From: Octopus sinensis
Taxonomy: Eukaryota
Direction of reading: 5' to 3'
Length of the DNA stretch: 64,000 nucleotides
Assembly: GCF_006345805.1 (NCBI RefSeq)
Contig: NC_043016.1
Coordinates: forward strand, 18,662,001 to 18,726,000
Shown: one piece after another, positions 26,105 to 39,851 of the stretch
Position numbering within the stretch: the stretch's first letter is position 1
Layout: the number at the start of each line of letters is the position of its first letter
Translations under genes and position numbers: made by a program
The notes under the pieces: generated by a model
The model's database searches: none
Told to the model about the DNA's origin: nothing
What the model saw: the letters and a program-made list of their open reading frames with translations, nothing else

Positions 26105-26389
26105 ATGAAGATGCGTGGTTTAGTGGTTAGGGTATTCGGCTCACGAGCGTAATGGCGTGAATTCGATCCCTGGTGTTGCGTTTTATCCTGAGCAAGACAC
26201 TTTATTTAAAGTTGCTCCAGGGAACTCAGCTGGCAAAAATGAGTAGTACGCGTATTTTAAAGGGCCAGCCACATCATATTCGGTGTCATGCAGAATCTCT
26301 ATGGGAACTAGGTTGGGGATATACGTGTCTGCGGAGTGCTCATTTGCACGTTCATTTCACGAGTAGACTGTTCTGCTGATCGGCTCAAC
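26105..26389 (+). mobile_element. tRNA-derived SINE family C, degenerate copy
   Basis: A-box TGGTTTAGTGG and B-box-like GAATTCGATCCC. The 3' half aligns with the 46157-46530 element (aagggcc..cgtgtctg.ggagtgctc..tgcacgtt.atttcacgag). Confidence 0.7.
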
Positions 26390-26413
26390 ACACACACACA
26401 TATATATATATAT

Positions 26414-26597
26414 ATACAAAATTTAAAGGACTGACCACTAAAAGTGGATGGTCAACATGCTAGATATAGACGTCAAATCGCTATTTTCCACAATAAAAAA
26501 ACTCAGCACAAACCAAATCATTAAAAATAGCGATTTGACGTCTATATCTAGCATGTTGACCATCCACTTTTAGTGGTCAGTCCTTTAAATTTTGTAT
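26414..26597. repeat. Perfect 74-bp inverted repeat with a 36-bp spacer
   Basis: 26414-26487 is the exact reverse complement of 26524-26597. Confidence 0.95.
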
Positions 26598-26679
26598 GTA
26601 AAAATATTTTAATCTTTGGATTTTTTTAATATGCTAGGCCACTGGTTTTAATTGATTAATATCAATTTCTACCCTTATT

Positions 26680-26745
<66 letters not shown>

Positions 26746-26856
26746 AATGTATCTGTGTGTGAATGTATGTATACTAATGTGTGTGTAAGAAAGAAAAATT
26801 CTACTCAATTCTTTAAATAGGATATACATACACACACATACACACACACACACACA

Positions 26857-27061
26857 TCTCTTCTCTTTTACTTGTTTCAGTGTTAGACTGCGGCCATGCT
26901 GGGGCTCCACATTAAAGGAGTTTTAATTAAACGAATCGACTCCTGTACTTAATTTTCTAAAGCTTGCTTCTTATTCTGTTGGTCTCTTTTGCCGAAAACC
27001 TTAAACAAACAGACCAACATTGGTTATCAAACCATGGTGGGGGATAAACACAGACACGAAA

Positions 27062-27140
<79 letters not shown>

Positions 27141-27290
27141 ACGTACTTCTTTTAGCTTCCCTCTTTCAAATCCACTTTGGTCTTCCTTAGCCTATAATAG
27201 AAGACACTAGTCCAATATTCTCAGTAGTAGAACTGAATCCGGAATCATGTGGTTGAGAAACAAACTTCATAACGCTCAGCCACAATTGCA
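26857..27290 (-). mobile_element. SINE family A, degenerate, with an expanded internal (CA)n
   Basis: The minus strand has the family A head (..aaccacatgattccggattcagtt..) and tail (gccccagcatggccgcagtctaacactgaaacaagtaaaagag). Confidence 0.75.
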
Positions 27291-27399
27291 CATCCATCCA
27301 TCCATCCATCCATCCACACCTCATATACATACATACATACATACATACATACATACATACATACATACATGCATGCATATATACATACATGCATGCATG

Positions 27400-28120
27400 C
27401 ATACACTGAAAATGGGCCAAAGTCTACCTGAAGCGGCGTAAAAAATAATGTAAACCACCGATCCCACCATCGTTAAATTTGAGTGTGTCTCCAAATTGAT
27501 CTGACTCAATAGCGAAGACTGCTGTATACATACAACTCAAAAACATTTTAAAATTACAATTCTCCCCAAATTTTGCTACTTTCTCGAAGATTTCGTTGAG
27601 CAACAGACCATTCCCAATAAGAGTGAGAAAAAATCCTACCGATCTAATGTTTAAAGTTATCAACAATGTTACTGGAGAGCACATGGAATCACGTGATGTT
27701 AATTACTGGAATATTAATACTCTTATATACACAGCTGCTATCATTCTTAAAGAACACCTAAGAGAAATCTACAGTGAACAGAGTAACGAAATTATTAAAC
27801 GGAAACAACCTAGATGGAAAGCAAAACTTGAAGAAAACATCAATAACATACGCCGCCATATTGGATGGTTAACTACAACAATAAAATGTAAGGAGTAAAA
27901 TGGGTTTACACCTCACCAACTCTACCTTAGGTAAAAATTAACGGAACTTTATAGCAACTCTTCACGCCGAGCTTTAAAACACTTTAAAACAATGAACTCA
28001 GGACGATGAGCGAGAAACTCCGCTATCGCATGCGAATGTTTGAACGAATCAGTATCAATCGTAAGTTTGCTTCCAACCCACAAGCATTATACAGAGAGAT
28101 GAAGATGGAAAACATTACCA
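27400..28120 (+). mobile_element. N-terminal (pre-RT) fragment of an R4-type LINE
   Basis: INTLIYTAA..QPRWKAKLEENINNIRRHIGWL and KLRYRMRMFERISINRKFASNPQALYREMK match the pre-RT pattern also seen at 23050-23230. Preceded by (CATA)n at 27325-27400. Confidence 0.6.
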
Positions 28121-29182
28121 TTAAGATAGTTTTTAACGTGCTTTTATTTATACGATTTTTTTCATTCCATGTCTATATCATTCATTGTTTGCAATGTTCT
28201 TTCTCTCTCTACTTCTCTCCCTCTCTCTCTCTATATATATATCTCTCTCACACACACATAAACACACACACACACCACACACACACACACGCGCGCACAC
28301 ACGCACACACTTCAGGTTTGATTTCTTTATTACACAAATATCACGTTAAAATTTTGCAATTCAACATGGGGCGTCCAAAAAATATGGGCATTATTTTGCT
28401 TGAACTCGCACACTTCGTTAATTTCCGTAAAATTACTTATTTCCCTTTTCACGCTGTGTTCAGCTGTATGTATTTGTACTCAGCCACACACGCACACGTG
28501 TGTTTTCGTATGTACGTTTGTATACATTTATGTATGTGTCTGTGTCTGTGTGTGGGTGAGTGAAGAGTGTGTTGTAATGTATACGTACATACATAAATAC
28601 ATCTACATACATCTTTTTTGTATGTAAGCATTTGTGTGTGTTTGTGTGAGAGAGAGAGACAGTGTTGCCTAAGTGACACACTCTTTCTCACATACACACA
28701 CTCACTCTCTATCTCACATACATACAAGAAGGATGTATGCCTATTCATTATGTATGTACGTATACATGACGACACATCCCTTCACTCGCTCTCTCTCTTT
28801 CTCACTCCCTCTCTCTCATACACACACGTCTATTTCATCTGATTTTGATACTGCATGTATATGTATCTGTGTGTGAGTGTGCGTGCGGCGTTCCACAATT
28901 GTCAGAAAAAAAGCAGAGGAATTTTCTTCCTTGATGCTCCTGGTGCACATTGTTTGTTTTTGATTTTGTCAATTACACAGCATAGTAGGGTCAGTTGGGC
29001 ACTGTCTGTGAGAAAAACAACACCATGATGCAATTCACTCTGCCAGAAATTTGGAAATGACATGCTATACTGTTTGGCATTCGCGCCCGAACTTCCAATA
29101 CGAACATTTCAGAATGGTGTGTACACACACACAAACGTGAACGCACATACACACAACATTACCAAATATAAAACACAAACAC

Positions 29183-29243
<61 letters not shown>

Positions 29244-29521
29244 CACATAGGGAAGTGCACAGAGAGACACACTCACACCATTTTGACCTCTAAGACCTGT
29301 CCCCCAAACCACTGAACCATAACAGGCTAATTCTTTTTAATTCCACATTGCTCTTCCTTCCTCCCCTGCCCAACTAACCTCCCACACTGTCCCTTAAAAT
29401 AGAAAACATTCCTTTGCTATGCACAAGACAAAATGTCAGAAAGACAGGTCAGTTATTCTTCTACAATTGTTTGTAAATTCTTAAATATATCTCCTTCTGT
29501 ATATATATATATATATATATA

Positions 29522-29668
29522 TAATAATAAATATTAGGGAATAAATCCAAACTTACAGGGAAAAATCAGATTTAGGATTGAATCCAATTTTATAGTAAAA
29601 TATTATATTATATTAAATTAGAGACAAAACCACTATTAGGAAAATCATACAATGAAAAACTTAAGCCA
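29522..29668. repeat. Short (TA)n-embedded dispersed repeat
   Basis: aataataaatattagggaataaatccaaac..acagggaaaaa..agattt is shared with 60356-60406. Both copies are flanked by (TA)n. Confidence 0.7.
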
Positions 29669-32182
29669 ATATATATATATATACTACGAAACAAACATGA
29701 TTTTTATTGAACGCAAAATACTTTTTGTGGTCTCATTCTGAATACTTTCTTAAATACTTTCTTGTAAACTGTTTTTAACATTTTCTTATTATAATCTAAG
29801 AATGTATAACTGTATTTTAATACTTTTGTGATAACCAGTACTTAATACAACAAAGCTTATGCAAAGCTTTACATTTTACTTTTGACAATCCTTTTCCAAA
29901 AAAGTGAAATCGGTCAAGTGAATAATCATTTTTAAAATTGCATTTCCAAACCTTTTTCATATACATTTCCACCCGTACGGTACCTCACAACTTTACTGTG
30001 TTTTATATATATATAATTGGCAACGGAGGCAAAATGAGTAACTTCTCATTTCTCCTTGTTTTCTCCCTAACTGTTTGAAACATTACGTTGCAAATATTGT
30101 ATCATCCTTTTCTACAGTTGCCTCATCTTTGGGAGTAAAAATTGGTCAGCATAGTTGCTGTTGTTGATGGTGAGGGAGTTTTAAATAGCCAGGTGATAGG
30201 TACTTCTTTTTCCAGAAATTTGTCGACTTTAACTCAATTGTCATTGAGGTTGTTAATAAAATATATGGTGTGTAACCCCTAAAACCCAAAAAACTTTCTA
30301 TACCGTCGGTTGATTAGAACATGCATATCAGAAAATATAAACCAAATTGCGTTACAGAGTCTCTTCTTGGTATTGGAGAGTGAAGTATTTTGTGATATAT
30401 TTAATCTTCTCTGTGATTCTACTACCTTCTAACGCTTTATTATGATAGAGGACCACTTATCGAATATCCCAGAACTGATTTTCCACTGTTATTATTAATC
30501 AGGTTTGTGAAAATTATGATTGAGTCTTACCACATTATCTTGAGCAAGTTTGCTATTCATCATCTGATGACTGCTAGTCACTTCTTGAGTATGAACTTGC
30601 TATCTATTATCATTAACAGACTATATTTTATGATATGCATGCGTGCATGCACACATATGCATGAATTTATTTTCCGGTAATCCATATTAGCAAAGTATGT
30701 AAACATCGGTGAAGAAAGAAAACATTGCCTTTTGAAAGAATTCCCCGCTGAAATTAGTTGTTCCGCACCACCAAGTAATAGGCAATGCCTTTTAACGATC
30801 GCCAATACAAATACTATGAACCAGTGAATGATTCCTTAAGAAAATGGTAATCAAACTACAGTATTGTGAGTTGTGTTATATGTATGTATGTTTGTTTGTG
30901 TGTGTAGTTGCATGTGTGTGTGCATGCACGCTCATTTACATATGTATATGCGCTTGTTTATCTGTGTGAGTTTTTGTAACCACAGTATTTATCTTGTAAT
31001 CCCAGGCATTAATTTGAAACTGAATATAAACTACCAGTTAGTGACTTACGAAGAAGTAAGTTCATCCATGGCAACAGTTTAAACGAGTGATCTAAAGGGA
31101 TATTTAAGTGTGAAGTAACGGTTTATATTATTTACTGAACTGAATATGCAAATCAACGAAACTTTAATGATCTCCTAAAAAGTAAATATAAATTTTTTAT
31201 TCTAAGCTATATTAACATTCAAAGACGTCTCTTATAAAAAATAAAATAAATAAATGGTGCCCACCAAGGCAGAAAGTTAAAGAAATTCAATGAACTTAAC
31301 CAATGCAATAATTTTGAATTAATAATAATATCTTTAAAAATAATTCCCTTCTCATGAGTCAGAATATGTCAAATAATGGATTTAGCTGAAGACGAATAAC
31401 ATACAGCTATAACTTATTTACGATCAAGAAATCCTGAAATATTCTTTAATTTATTATATGTAGTTCAATTTTTATGGTCTCTATAATTGAAGCAGTACCT
31501 GCAGAGTAAATTATGAGATTATTAATGAGATTTTATGTTTTAAGCACGGAAGATGACCTAACTCCAGCATACTTCCCCGAAGATCTCAAAATGTGAAGAA
31601 AATTTCTTTATTATGCGACAGTGTCAGTTGGGTCAAAGTTCAAGTGAAATGAATACGATTATTTGAAATAGCAACATCTCTTTCACCTTGCCATTATGCG
31701 TCTGGAGATTTTGAAGAGGTTTCGAAACGCTAATAAAGAGAAGGTAAAGAGAGAAAAAAGGAAGGATATTGTGGCGAAAATTTGGATGAAAGAACAAATA
31801 ACAAAACAGAAAGAACGCATGAAGAAAATACAAACAACATATTTCATCATATATTGTGCCTGAAGTGTTGACGGTAGCATTTGCTGTCAATTGAAATCGC
31901 AATTTTACCTAGAATATTTTGATATAAAGAATACATCTGTCGCGGAAATTAAAGTTTTATCGCCTAAAACTTTATTGTACAAATAGAGATTATTTAAATA
32001 GTTTTACCAATTACATCTAATCACACAAAAAAAGAAACAAATCGATATTTGAAATGCTTTAATATAAATTTTCATCATTTTGAAAATATAACATTTTTAA
32101 AATTACATATTATACATTTTGTGCTCTAATAAAGGAATTATACGTAATGACCATTATTTTTAACATGTCTTATATATATGTG

Positions 32183-32588
<406 letters not shown>

Positions 32589-33712
32589 GATCAAAAAGAG
32601 GCCGAGGAAGGGCGAATGGCACCGCGAGTGTCGCGTTGCTCTCAAGCAACTCTGCCGTCCTGGGTCGACCTTAAGTGACTTCAACACAACCAAAGCATTC
32701 TATAGGGGTTTAGTGGAGGGGAGGTACGACGACGAGCTCGGGGCGAACCTGGACGTCGAAGAGGAGTACCTGACCCGCCTGTTCAGGACGACTTTCGGGC
32801 CAGGGCCCATGGACAACTTCCAGAGATCCCTGGCCTGGCAGTGCTACCGAGAAGCGCTACTCGTTCGGGATAAGCTCTACAGACACGGCTCGAGAAACAC
32901 GGGGCCGACCTGCCCGAGATGCGGTCAGAGCGACGAAACCGTTCTGCACGCACTCGTTCAGTGTCCAACAATTTCGACCTGTGGGCTTATGTCGAACAAC
33001 TGCTGTCACGTGTGGGACGAGTCGGTTTATCAGCTGAGTCTATCGTCAATATTGTCACGCCTCCTTCCTTCAAACGGGAAGGAAGAGCTATTTTCATCAT
33101 CCTTGTGGCTATGGCGAAAGAATGTATCTGGTGGACGCGTCTGAAAGGATTGGAGACAAACACTTTCCTCTCTGGTCAATCTCTCATCAACTTCTTCAAG
33201 TACCACTTGAAAAGGAAAGTGAGAGTAGAGAGGCAAGTTTTGTCTAGCGAATGTTTTAAAAAAAGATGGGTGAATGTAGCAAGAATGGCACGTATGAATG
33301 ACGAAGCCACCTTGAGCATAGTCCTATGAACCCAGAAATCGAAAACAGAGAGTTGCTTATTTGCAAAAAAAAAAAAAAAAAAAAAAAGAAATATAAAATG
33401 TGACTTCATTGACCGAGGTTACCGTGGTCTTTTCCGTAGGCTTTTTCTTCCACGGGTAAACCTCACCTGTCCTCCCCTTTACACTTCATATTGACATTCT
33501 GTGATAACGATCCCTATTGATCAATTCCCCCCCCCTTTTTTTTAACCCCCCTTTTTTTGTCCTCTTTCTCTCCTTTTACGATCCCTTTTGATCGAAACTC
33601 CCCCTTCCTTTTTTTCTTTCTTTCTTTTTTTTTTTTTAAACCTTCAAAAGAAAAGCTCTACCTTGTAATTTGTTCTATCTGTGTGCAGCCCTGTGTGGCT
33701 AATAAAGAAACA
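32589..33712 (+). mobile_element. L1/Tx1-clade LINE 3' end (zf-RVT-like region plus 3'UTR), 5'-truncated
   Basis: ..FQRSLAWQCYREALLVRDKL..CPRCGQSDETVLHALVQCP, one frameshift, ..AKECIWWTRLK..KRW..*(33329). The pyrimidine-rich 3'UTR ends AATAAAGAAACA and joins (TATC)n. Confidence 0.88.
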
Positions 33713-33748
<36 letters not shown>

Positions 33749-33749
33749 C

Positions 33750-33836
<87 letters not shown>
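33713..33836. repeat. (TATC)n microsatellite, 3' flank of the Tx1-like insertion
   Basis: Directly visible. Confidence 0.95.
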
Positions 33837-33839
<3 letters not shown>

Positions 33840-34180
33840 ATAGGATGTTCGAAAAATATGAAAAACGTGTCAATAACCATTTTTCATCTTTCAGACTCAA
33901 ACACAAAGCCAATTGTGCTTCCTTATGTACCAAGATTTGGTAACTGAAGGAAAGCGGAATCGAATTTAGCCCTAAATGGAATATAATACGGAAAGCGCAG
34001 CCTTATAGAGATAGTCGATACAGGTGTGAGCTGTGGTCTATGGAAACTTATGAGATTTTTAAGTATAGGGACAAGAACATGATTAATGATAGATTAGATC
34101 TAAGGGTATCATACGTGCGTAGCGTCACCCGTACATTTAAGTATTGTCGAAATTAGCGATTATAGGAGCCATACTTCAAC
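33837..34180 (+). mobile_element. Second Penelope-like GIY-YIG fragment
   Basis: YIGCS, frameshift, KYEKRVNNHFSSF..ASLCTKIW*LKE..KWNIIRKAQPY..RCELW..INDR. Colinear with the 7311-7685 peptide. Confidence 0.75.
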
Positions 34181-34715
34181 TTTGATGGTGGAAATAAATT
34201 TTGGTGTCGTATCCGTTCTAAACTTACCCTCTAGTATTAAATATAAAATTATGGGCTATTATGCTATATGGTGAATTAAATTGCATATGTTATAAAGCTA
34301 TATGTTATGGTATTTGGTGTGCTACATGTAATTACTATCCCATGATAACTCCTGTCTAGTTAGTCTGACTTCATCAGGTTTTTGGTGATTAAGCTATTTT
34401 TTCTTTTCTATGATGTTCTACCCTACTGATCATATTATGTATATTTGTAATGGCTGTTATGTAAGTAAGTCTCCTAATTATATACCCACTAGAGACTATA
34501 AAATCGTATATATAATAGCACCTGTAACATTAGAACTTATATAATGTTTTCGGTCTGAATATCTCTAACTGCCCTCACTATGCCCAAACCTACTACCTCC
34601 TCTTTTCGGGTTACCTTTATCTTTTTCCTACCTCAATTTTAATAACCAGTCTCTTTAAATATGGGTTATATGTATTTCTTATTATTTTCTACAAATTCTT
34701 ATTATTCTGTGTTTT

Positions 34716-34975
34716 TATTAACCTCTTATCCCTTATAAGTTGTTACTGTTCATAAATAGAGATTTATCAGATAGTTAGGTCTGTGCGAGATGGTTATACT
34801 ATATCTATATAAACGTATAAATATTTGTATATGTGTGCATAACCTATTAACCTCTTATCCCTTATAAATGTTATTTTTCTTGTTCGTAAATAGATACTTT
34901 TCACTTACTTAAGTCTTTGCGAGATGGTTATACTATATCCCTATAAACGTATAAATATTTGTGTATGTGTATGTG
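34716..34975. repeat. Tandem duplication, about 129-bp unit x2, diverged
   Basis: tattaacctcttatcccttataa..gcgagatggttatactatatc..ataaacgtataaatatttgt starts at 34716 and again at 34845. Confidence 0.85.
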
Positions 34976-35850
34976 TGCACATATATAAATATGTGTGTGT
35001 GTGTATCTGTACACATCTTTATTTTTTCTGATTCTTCGTTTATAATTAATATATAGATAACATGTTTATTCCATCTAATAAGTAATTAATTAAGTTCATG
35101 ATTGAATATTAAACTGATTCTATGCAATCTTTCCTTTTTAATGTTGATAATTGATATATACACATTTTACCTATTTTGGTTATGAAATCATTTTTGGTAA
35201 TCTTAAATTTTATTTTTGTACAACATAACAATATTGTTTACAAATAAATACCCATAGTACCCCAAGATAAAATTTCCACTGTATTAACATCATAGATTTT
35301 ATTAGCGCTTTGCCCCTTTAACTGAAAATTAACATCATGATTTAGAGTCTTCCACTACCCAGCCTACTTTTATAGACAGTTACTCTAGATCCAATTTACT
35401 ACTCCTAATGCCTTCTTCCCTCCCTGAAGAAAAGGGATGCATATGGCAATATTTATGACCAAGAGCTGTCAACTCATTCTTGCCCTTCATTCTAATCAGA
35501 CACAGTCTTCTAGTCTTAGATTTATTAGTTGATAAAAAGACAAATAAATTAGAAATGAACCACAATCCTTTGCAAGCTATGACTCCAGTTGGTTTTATGC
35601 CATTCATAGAAGTGTAGTAGTCTATTCTTAGCTATAATAGCGTCAACATGAATTTCTTTCATCTTCTTGTTTTGTTAAAGTATTTGAGAAAAATTATATT
35701 AATGTGTCCAACTGGTTAAAAATCTTTTCATTTGTGCAGCTGATGATAGCACAACATTTAAATTGATGTAATGATTGCATTGTTCAATTAAATGGAGCCG
35801 CTTGAATCGGTCGTACTGCATCACTTCTTGATATCCTGTTGTTTATTTTG

Positions 35851-35926
<76 letters not shown>

Positions 35927-36094
35927 AGGAGAGAGGGGGAGAGGAGAGAGAGATAGAAGATAAATTGATAGATAGACAGATAATAATTATCGGCGAGATA
36001 GCCATCAGAGATGCTTTGTCCTATGCAGAAACTGCAAGAGCTGCAAGAACTGCTCAGATGTTTAGCAAATTCTTTTATATGTATTGCAATGTAT

Positions 36095-36334
36095 AGTAAA
36101 CAAACCAATCACATCTTTATAATAACACAGATCATTAATAATTTCATAGTAAATTTCAAATTCTTCATGGTGTTTCCGGTACACAGGTGTTTTGCAGTCT
36201 TCCCCCTGTAGATTCCATTCCTTCAACCTTAATGAAAAAGGTACAGCTCCTGACTTAGTAAGACCCATATCCCTCTGGATTTGGAAAGTGAGGCTACGAA
36301 GTTGTTCTTGGTACGAAAGCTTCCTCCATTTCTT
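36095..36334 (-). mobile_element. Inverted 240-bp copy of the interior of the Chapaev3-like transposase
   Basis: Reverse complement of 38326-38565 with 8 mismatches by eye. Confidence 0.9.
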
Positions 36335-36339
36335 CCGTA

Positions 36340-37649
36340 TTTTATCTCTTTCAGATTTCATAGGTTGGACAATGCTCTGCACGGTTATCATCATTGTCTT
36401 CTAGACTCATGTCATTTTGCTTCTTGCTGTCTAATTGCGCTTTCCATTTAATACTTTGTCACTTAATACTCGCTCAGAAGCGTCCATCTCTTCCTTGATG
36501 TCATCATATTGGCGTAGCTCTTGGAAACCGTTCCCATGTAATTCCAATAAAGTGAAAACTGTGAAGAATATTGAATTTTTCCCAATATTGCTGTATAGGT
36601 AGCCCCCCCTTCCACATCTTCCACTAGTGGCTTGGGTATATCATCAATGGTAATGTCGAAATATAGATGCTAAAAGGTAACCTTCACTTTCTGATCTATG
36701 GGATGCAACAGTGAGGAGGCGTCACATGGGTGATAAATGATCTCGTGTGGTCATTTAAGTTGGTAGAGTGGTCAGAACATTTGTCTAACACAAGAATTGC
36801 TTTTTAAAAGAAATATTCTTCTTGACACTTTCATTTCACAATTCAGCACTGAAATGCGTCATAAATCACTCTTCATAAATCACTTTAGTCATCCATCCTT
36901 TCTTGGTTAGAACGCCGAGGTACAGAGAGAATTAACATGCTAATATTCTTGAACGGATGAAATCAGGTAGAACGGTCTATAGATAATGGTTTAGCATTGA
37001 AGTCTCCATTGCCGTTCTTACAGAGCAGTAGAAAACACTATGTATTTATTTTTTTTTAAAGCATGGCAGCCTAACTTCTTTGGGTATCTTTTTCCCAGTA
37101 AAGGATTGTTTCACATGCTTTAAAAACTTGGCGCGGTAAATATCTACCCTCATTCATCGCTTTCCGAAATTCATCAAGAAAATACCAAGCAGCTTCAGTA
37201 TCTACTGGTGCTGATTCACCTGAAACACCTTCACTGGCTAAATTAAGCTTTTTAATGGCTACTTTGAAAAGTATATTTGGTCAATCGCATCAGTGCACTC
37301 AACTAAGCTCTTACGTGTTTACTAAGCACATTTATGAGTACGTTTTTTTAATAGTCCTGCTCCATCTAGAGATTCCTGTATGAGCTGAAGCAATATTTTT
37401 TGATGTACTCTGATAATTCGATTTAATGATCTTAAAGTGATATCTGTGAATGCTTTCAGATTATCCTCACTCAATTTGTGAAGGGATCGAATGGTAGACA
37501 CATTGGCACCAAACTCGCGAACCACAGCAGTAAAACTACCCCGTTACATTGTTTCCTTATTATCTCCACCTTTTCCTAGTGAAATTGTACTCGTCTGCAT
37601 TGTTTGTTTGGATCAGGCACCTTCGCGTTTTTCTTTTCACTAGTGGCAT
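36340..37649 (-). mobile_element. pogo/Tigger-type transposase pseudogene
   Basis: ATG at 37649 (MPLVKRKR), HTH-like VVREFGANVSTIRS, VSGESA, GNGDFNAKP, KKGWMTK, degraded L..D...H and LHPIDQ segments of a DDE_1-like domain. Many stops and frameshifts. Confidence 0.7.
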
Positions 37650-37696
37650 AAAAAATGCGCAGCCTTGCAGCACGATGATTTAAACACGAGCAATTA

Positions 37697-39538
37697 CACA
37701 ACGTAACAATTTTCAAAAAAGAATTTGTTTATTGTATTATTTTTATTGTTTATCAATCCATTTTTTCTGCTGATTCCAAAAATGAAATTATTTTTTGTGT
37801 ATCATCAACAGTTAAAAAATATGTCGACTTTCATGGTTCAGTATTGTTATAGTGTTCCGCTACTAAATGTATGTCTAATTTTCTCGTTCAGACCAATTAC
37901 TAAGTTCTGCTACTTTCAAGATGGCTACTAGAGTATGTAAAAATTCTCCAGATACATTTTGCTATGTGTATGGTTAGTATATTGGAAAAAAGCAGGTATT
38001 ACATAAGATCGTGAAAGGTACCAATTGTGGGCCCCACATGTGATATGTGGGAGCTGTCGATCTACTCTAGAAGGATGGTTAAGAGATACAGGAAGGTCAA
38101 TGCCTTTTGCCATTCCAAGGGTATGGAGAGAGCCAAAGGACCATCACGATGACTGTTACTTTTGTATGATCGATGTGACAAAGTACAGAAAAGTGAAAGG
38201 AAGACAAGCTCTTCAGTATCCAGACATACCATCATCTAGAGAACTTGTCCCACATGATGAAAGTTTACGAGTACCACTACCACCAGAAAATATTTCATCT
38301 GAAAAGTCAACAAGTAGCAACAGCCAAGAAATGGAAGAAGCTTTCGTACCAAGAACAACTTCGTAGCCTCACTTTCCAAATCCAGAGGGATATGGGTCTT
38401 ACTAAGTCAGGAGCTGTACTTTTTTCATCAAGGTTGAAGGAATGGAATCTACAGGGAGAAGACTGCAAGACACCTGTGTACCGGAAACGCCATGAAGAAT
38501 TTGAAATTTACTATGAAAATATTAATGATCTGTGTTATTGTAAAGATGTGATTGGTTTGTTTACTGCTATTGAACTCAAGCATGATTCTGCAGAATGGCG
38601 ACTGTTCATAGATAGCTCAACACGAAGTCCCAAAGCAGTGTTGCTCCACAATGGAAATAAATATCTTTCTTTGCCTCTTGCACACTCCATACAGAAGAAA
38701 GAAAATTACGATAATGTCAAAGAACTTCTCGACAAAATATATTACGCTGAGTTCAAGTGGGATGTTTGTGGTGATTTCAAGATGCTTGCCTTCTTGCTTG
38801 GCTTGCAAGGGGGATACACAAAGTATTCATGTTTCCTTTGCTTGCGGGACAGCAGAGCTGATGATGATCATTACAAGAGAGTACATTGGCCCCCATGAGT
38901 GGAACTGCAGCCAGGAATGTTAAATGTTCTCAAACAGCCTCTAGTAGATTCCAACAAAATCTTATTACCCCCCACTTCATATCAAACGCGGATTGATAAA
39001 ACAGTTTGTGAAGGCCTTAGATTTTAGAGGAGAAGCTTTTCAAGAAATTTTTCTTATTCTTCCAAAGCTATCTGGGGCTAAGATCAAGGGTGGCATATTT
39101 GTTGGGCCCCAAGTAAATGCAAGGTTAAAGTTGAAGAAACTGGAAAGAGCGATGACAAAAGTTGAAAAAGAAGCTTGGTGTGCATTTCGTGATGTAGTTC
39201 GTGGATTTCTAGGAAATCACAAGGATCCTAATTACAAACAGCTGGTAGTTTTATTGTTATTTTTTTTTTGTTCTAACTAATATTATACTTCCTAAATACC
39301 TTTCAATATATGAAAAAGTATTAAATTTTGTCTCATTATCCTTACAATACTAGGATAAATTGAACCAACAAAGTGCTGTAGAGAAAAGTTACAAATATAA
39401 CGAGCAAATATGAAATTAGAAATAAATAAATAACTATTGATTTTACGTCAAAACGAATGTTATTTTTTAATTTAGTGGCAAAAAATGCATATATGAATAT
39501 TAAAAAATACAGATAAACAAAACTTGCGTTACATTGTG
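37697..39538 (+). mobile_element. Chapaev3-like (CMC superfamily) DNA transposon, internally deleted, both ends retained
   Basis: ORF from 37921 MATRVCKNSPDTFCY..WAPHVICGSC..WREPKDHHDDCYFC..WRLFIDSS..KAVLLHNGN..CGDFK..LGLQGGYTKYSCFLC..KQFVKAL..AKIKGGIFVGPQ..FLGN, with the C-terminus missing. Ends CACAACGTAAC / GTTACATTGTG (10/11 inverted) flanked by TTA and TAA. Family name is from recalled motifs. Confidence 0.75.
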
Positions 39539-39851
39539 TAATCAGTGGATTCTCGATAGCTGAGTTTTGTCAATGGTCGCTGGAACGCGCTTTTGCGGTC
39601 ATCAGTCGCATTGTCGATCACAGATCAATTCATGAAAAGAATATCATGGTTCACATTTGAGCTTATCGTGTTATCCCGGATCAAAAATTAATGATTCAGT
39701 GATAAAAGAGGATACGAAGATAGATTTGTGCCCGCGAGCGCCCGTGTGTACGTGTGTAATAATTTATACTGACGATTTACGTTTTTTGTTTCGTACATAA
39801 TCGATCAGTATTTTTTTATGTCAATATCTCCGTATTTATGTAAGCTTGAAA

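Noticed and set aside
30105-30180. Possible internal exon with good acceptor (ttttctacag) and donor (G|gtgagg)
   Set aside because: Stop codons in all three frames; cannot be supported without RNA data.
31696-31863. Lys/Glu-rich 55-codon plus-strand ORF
   Set aside because: Purine-rich composition explains it; no homology recognised.
37641-39488. Direct repeat TAGTGGCA(TA)AAAAATGC at 37641 and 39473 as element boundaries
   Set aside because: The left copy is the Tigger start-codon region. The CAC..GTG ends at 37697/39538 explain the Chapaev boundaries better, so the match is probably chance.
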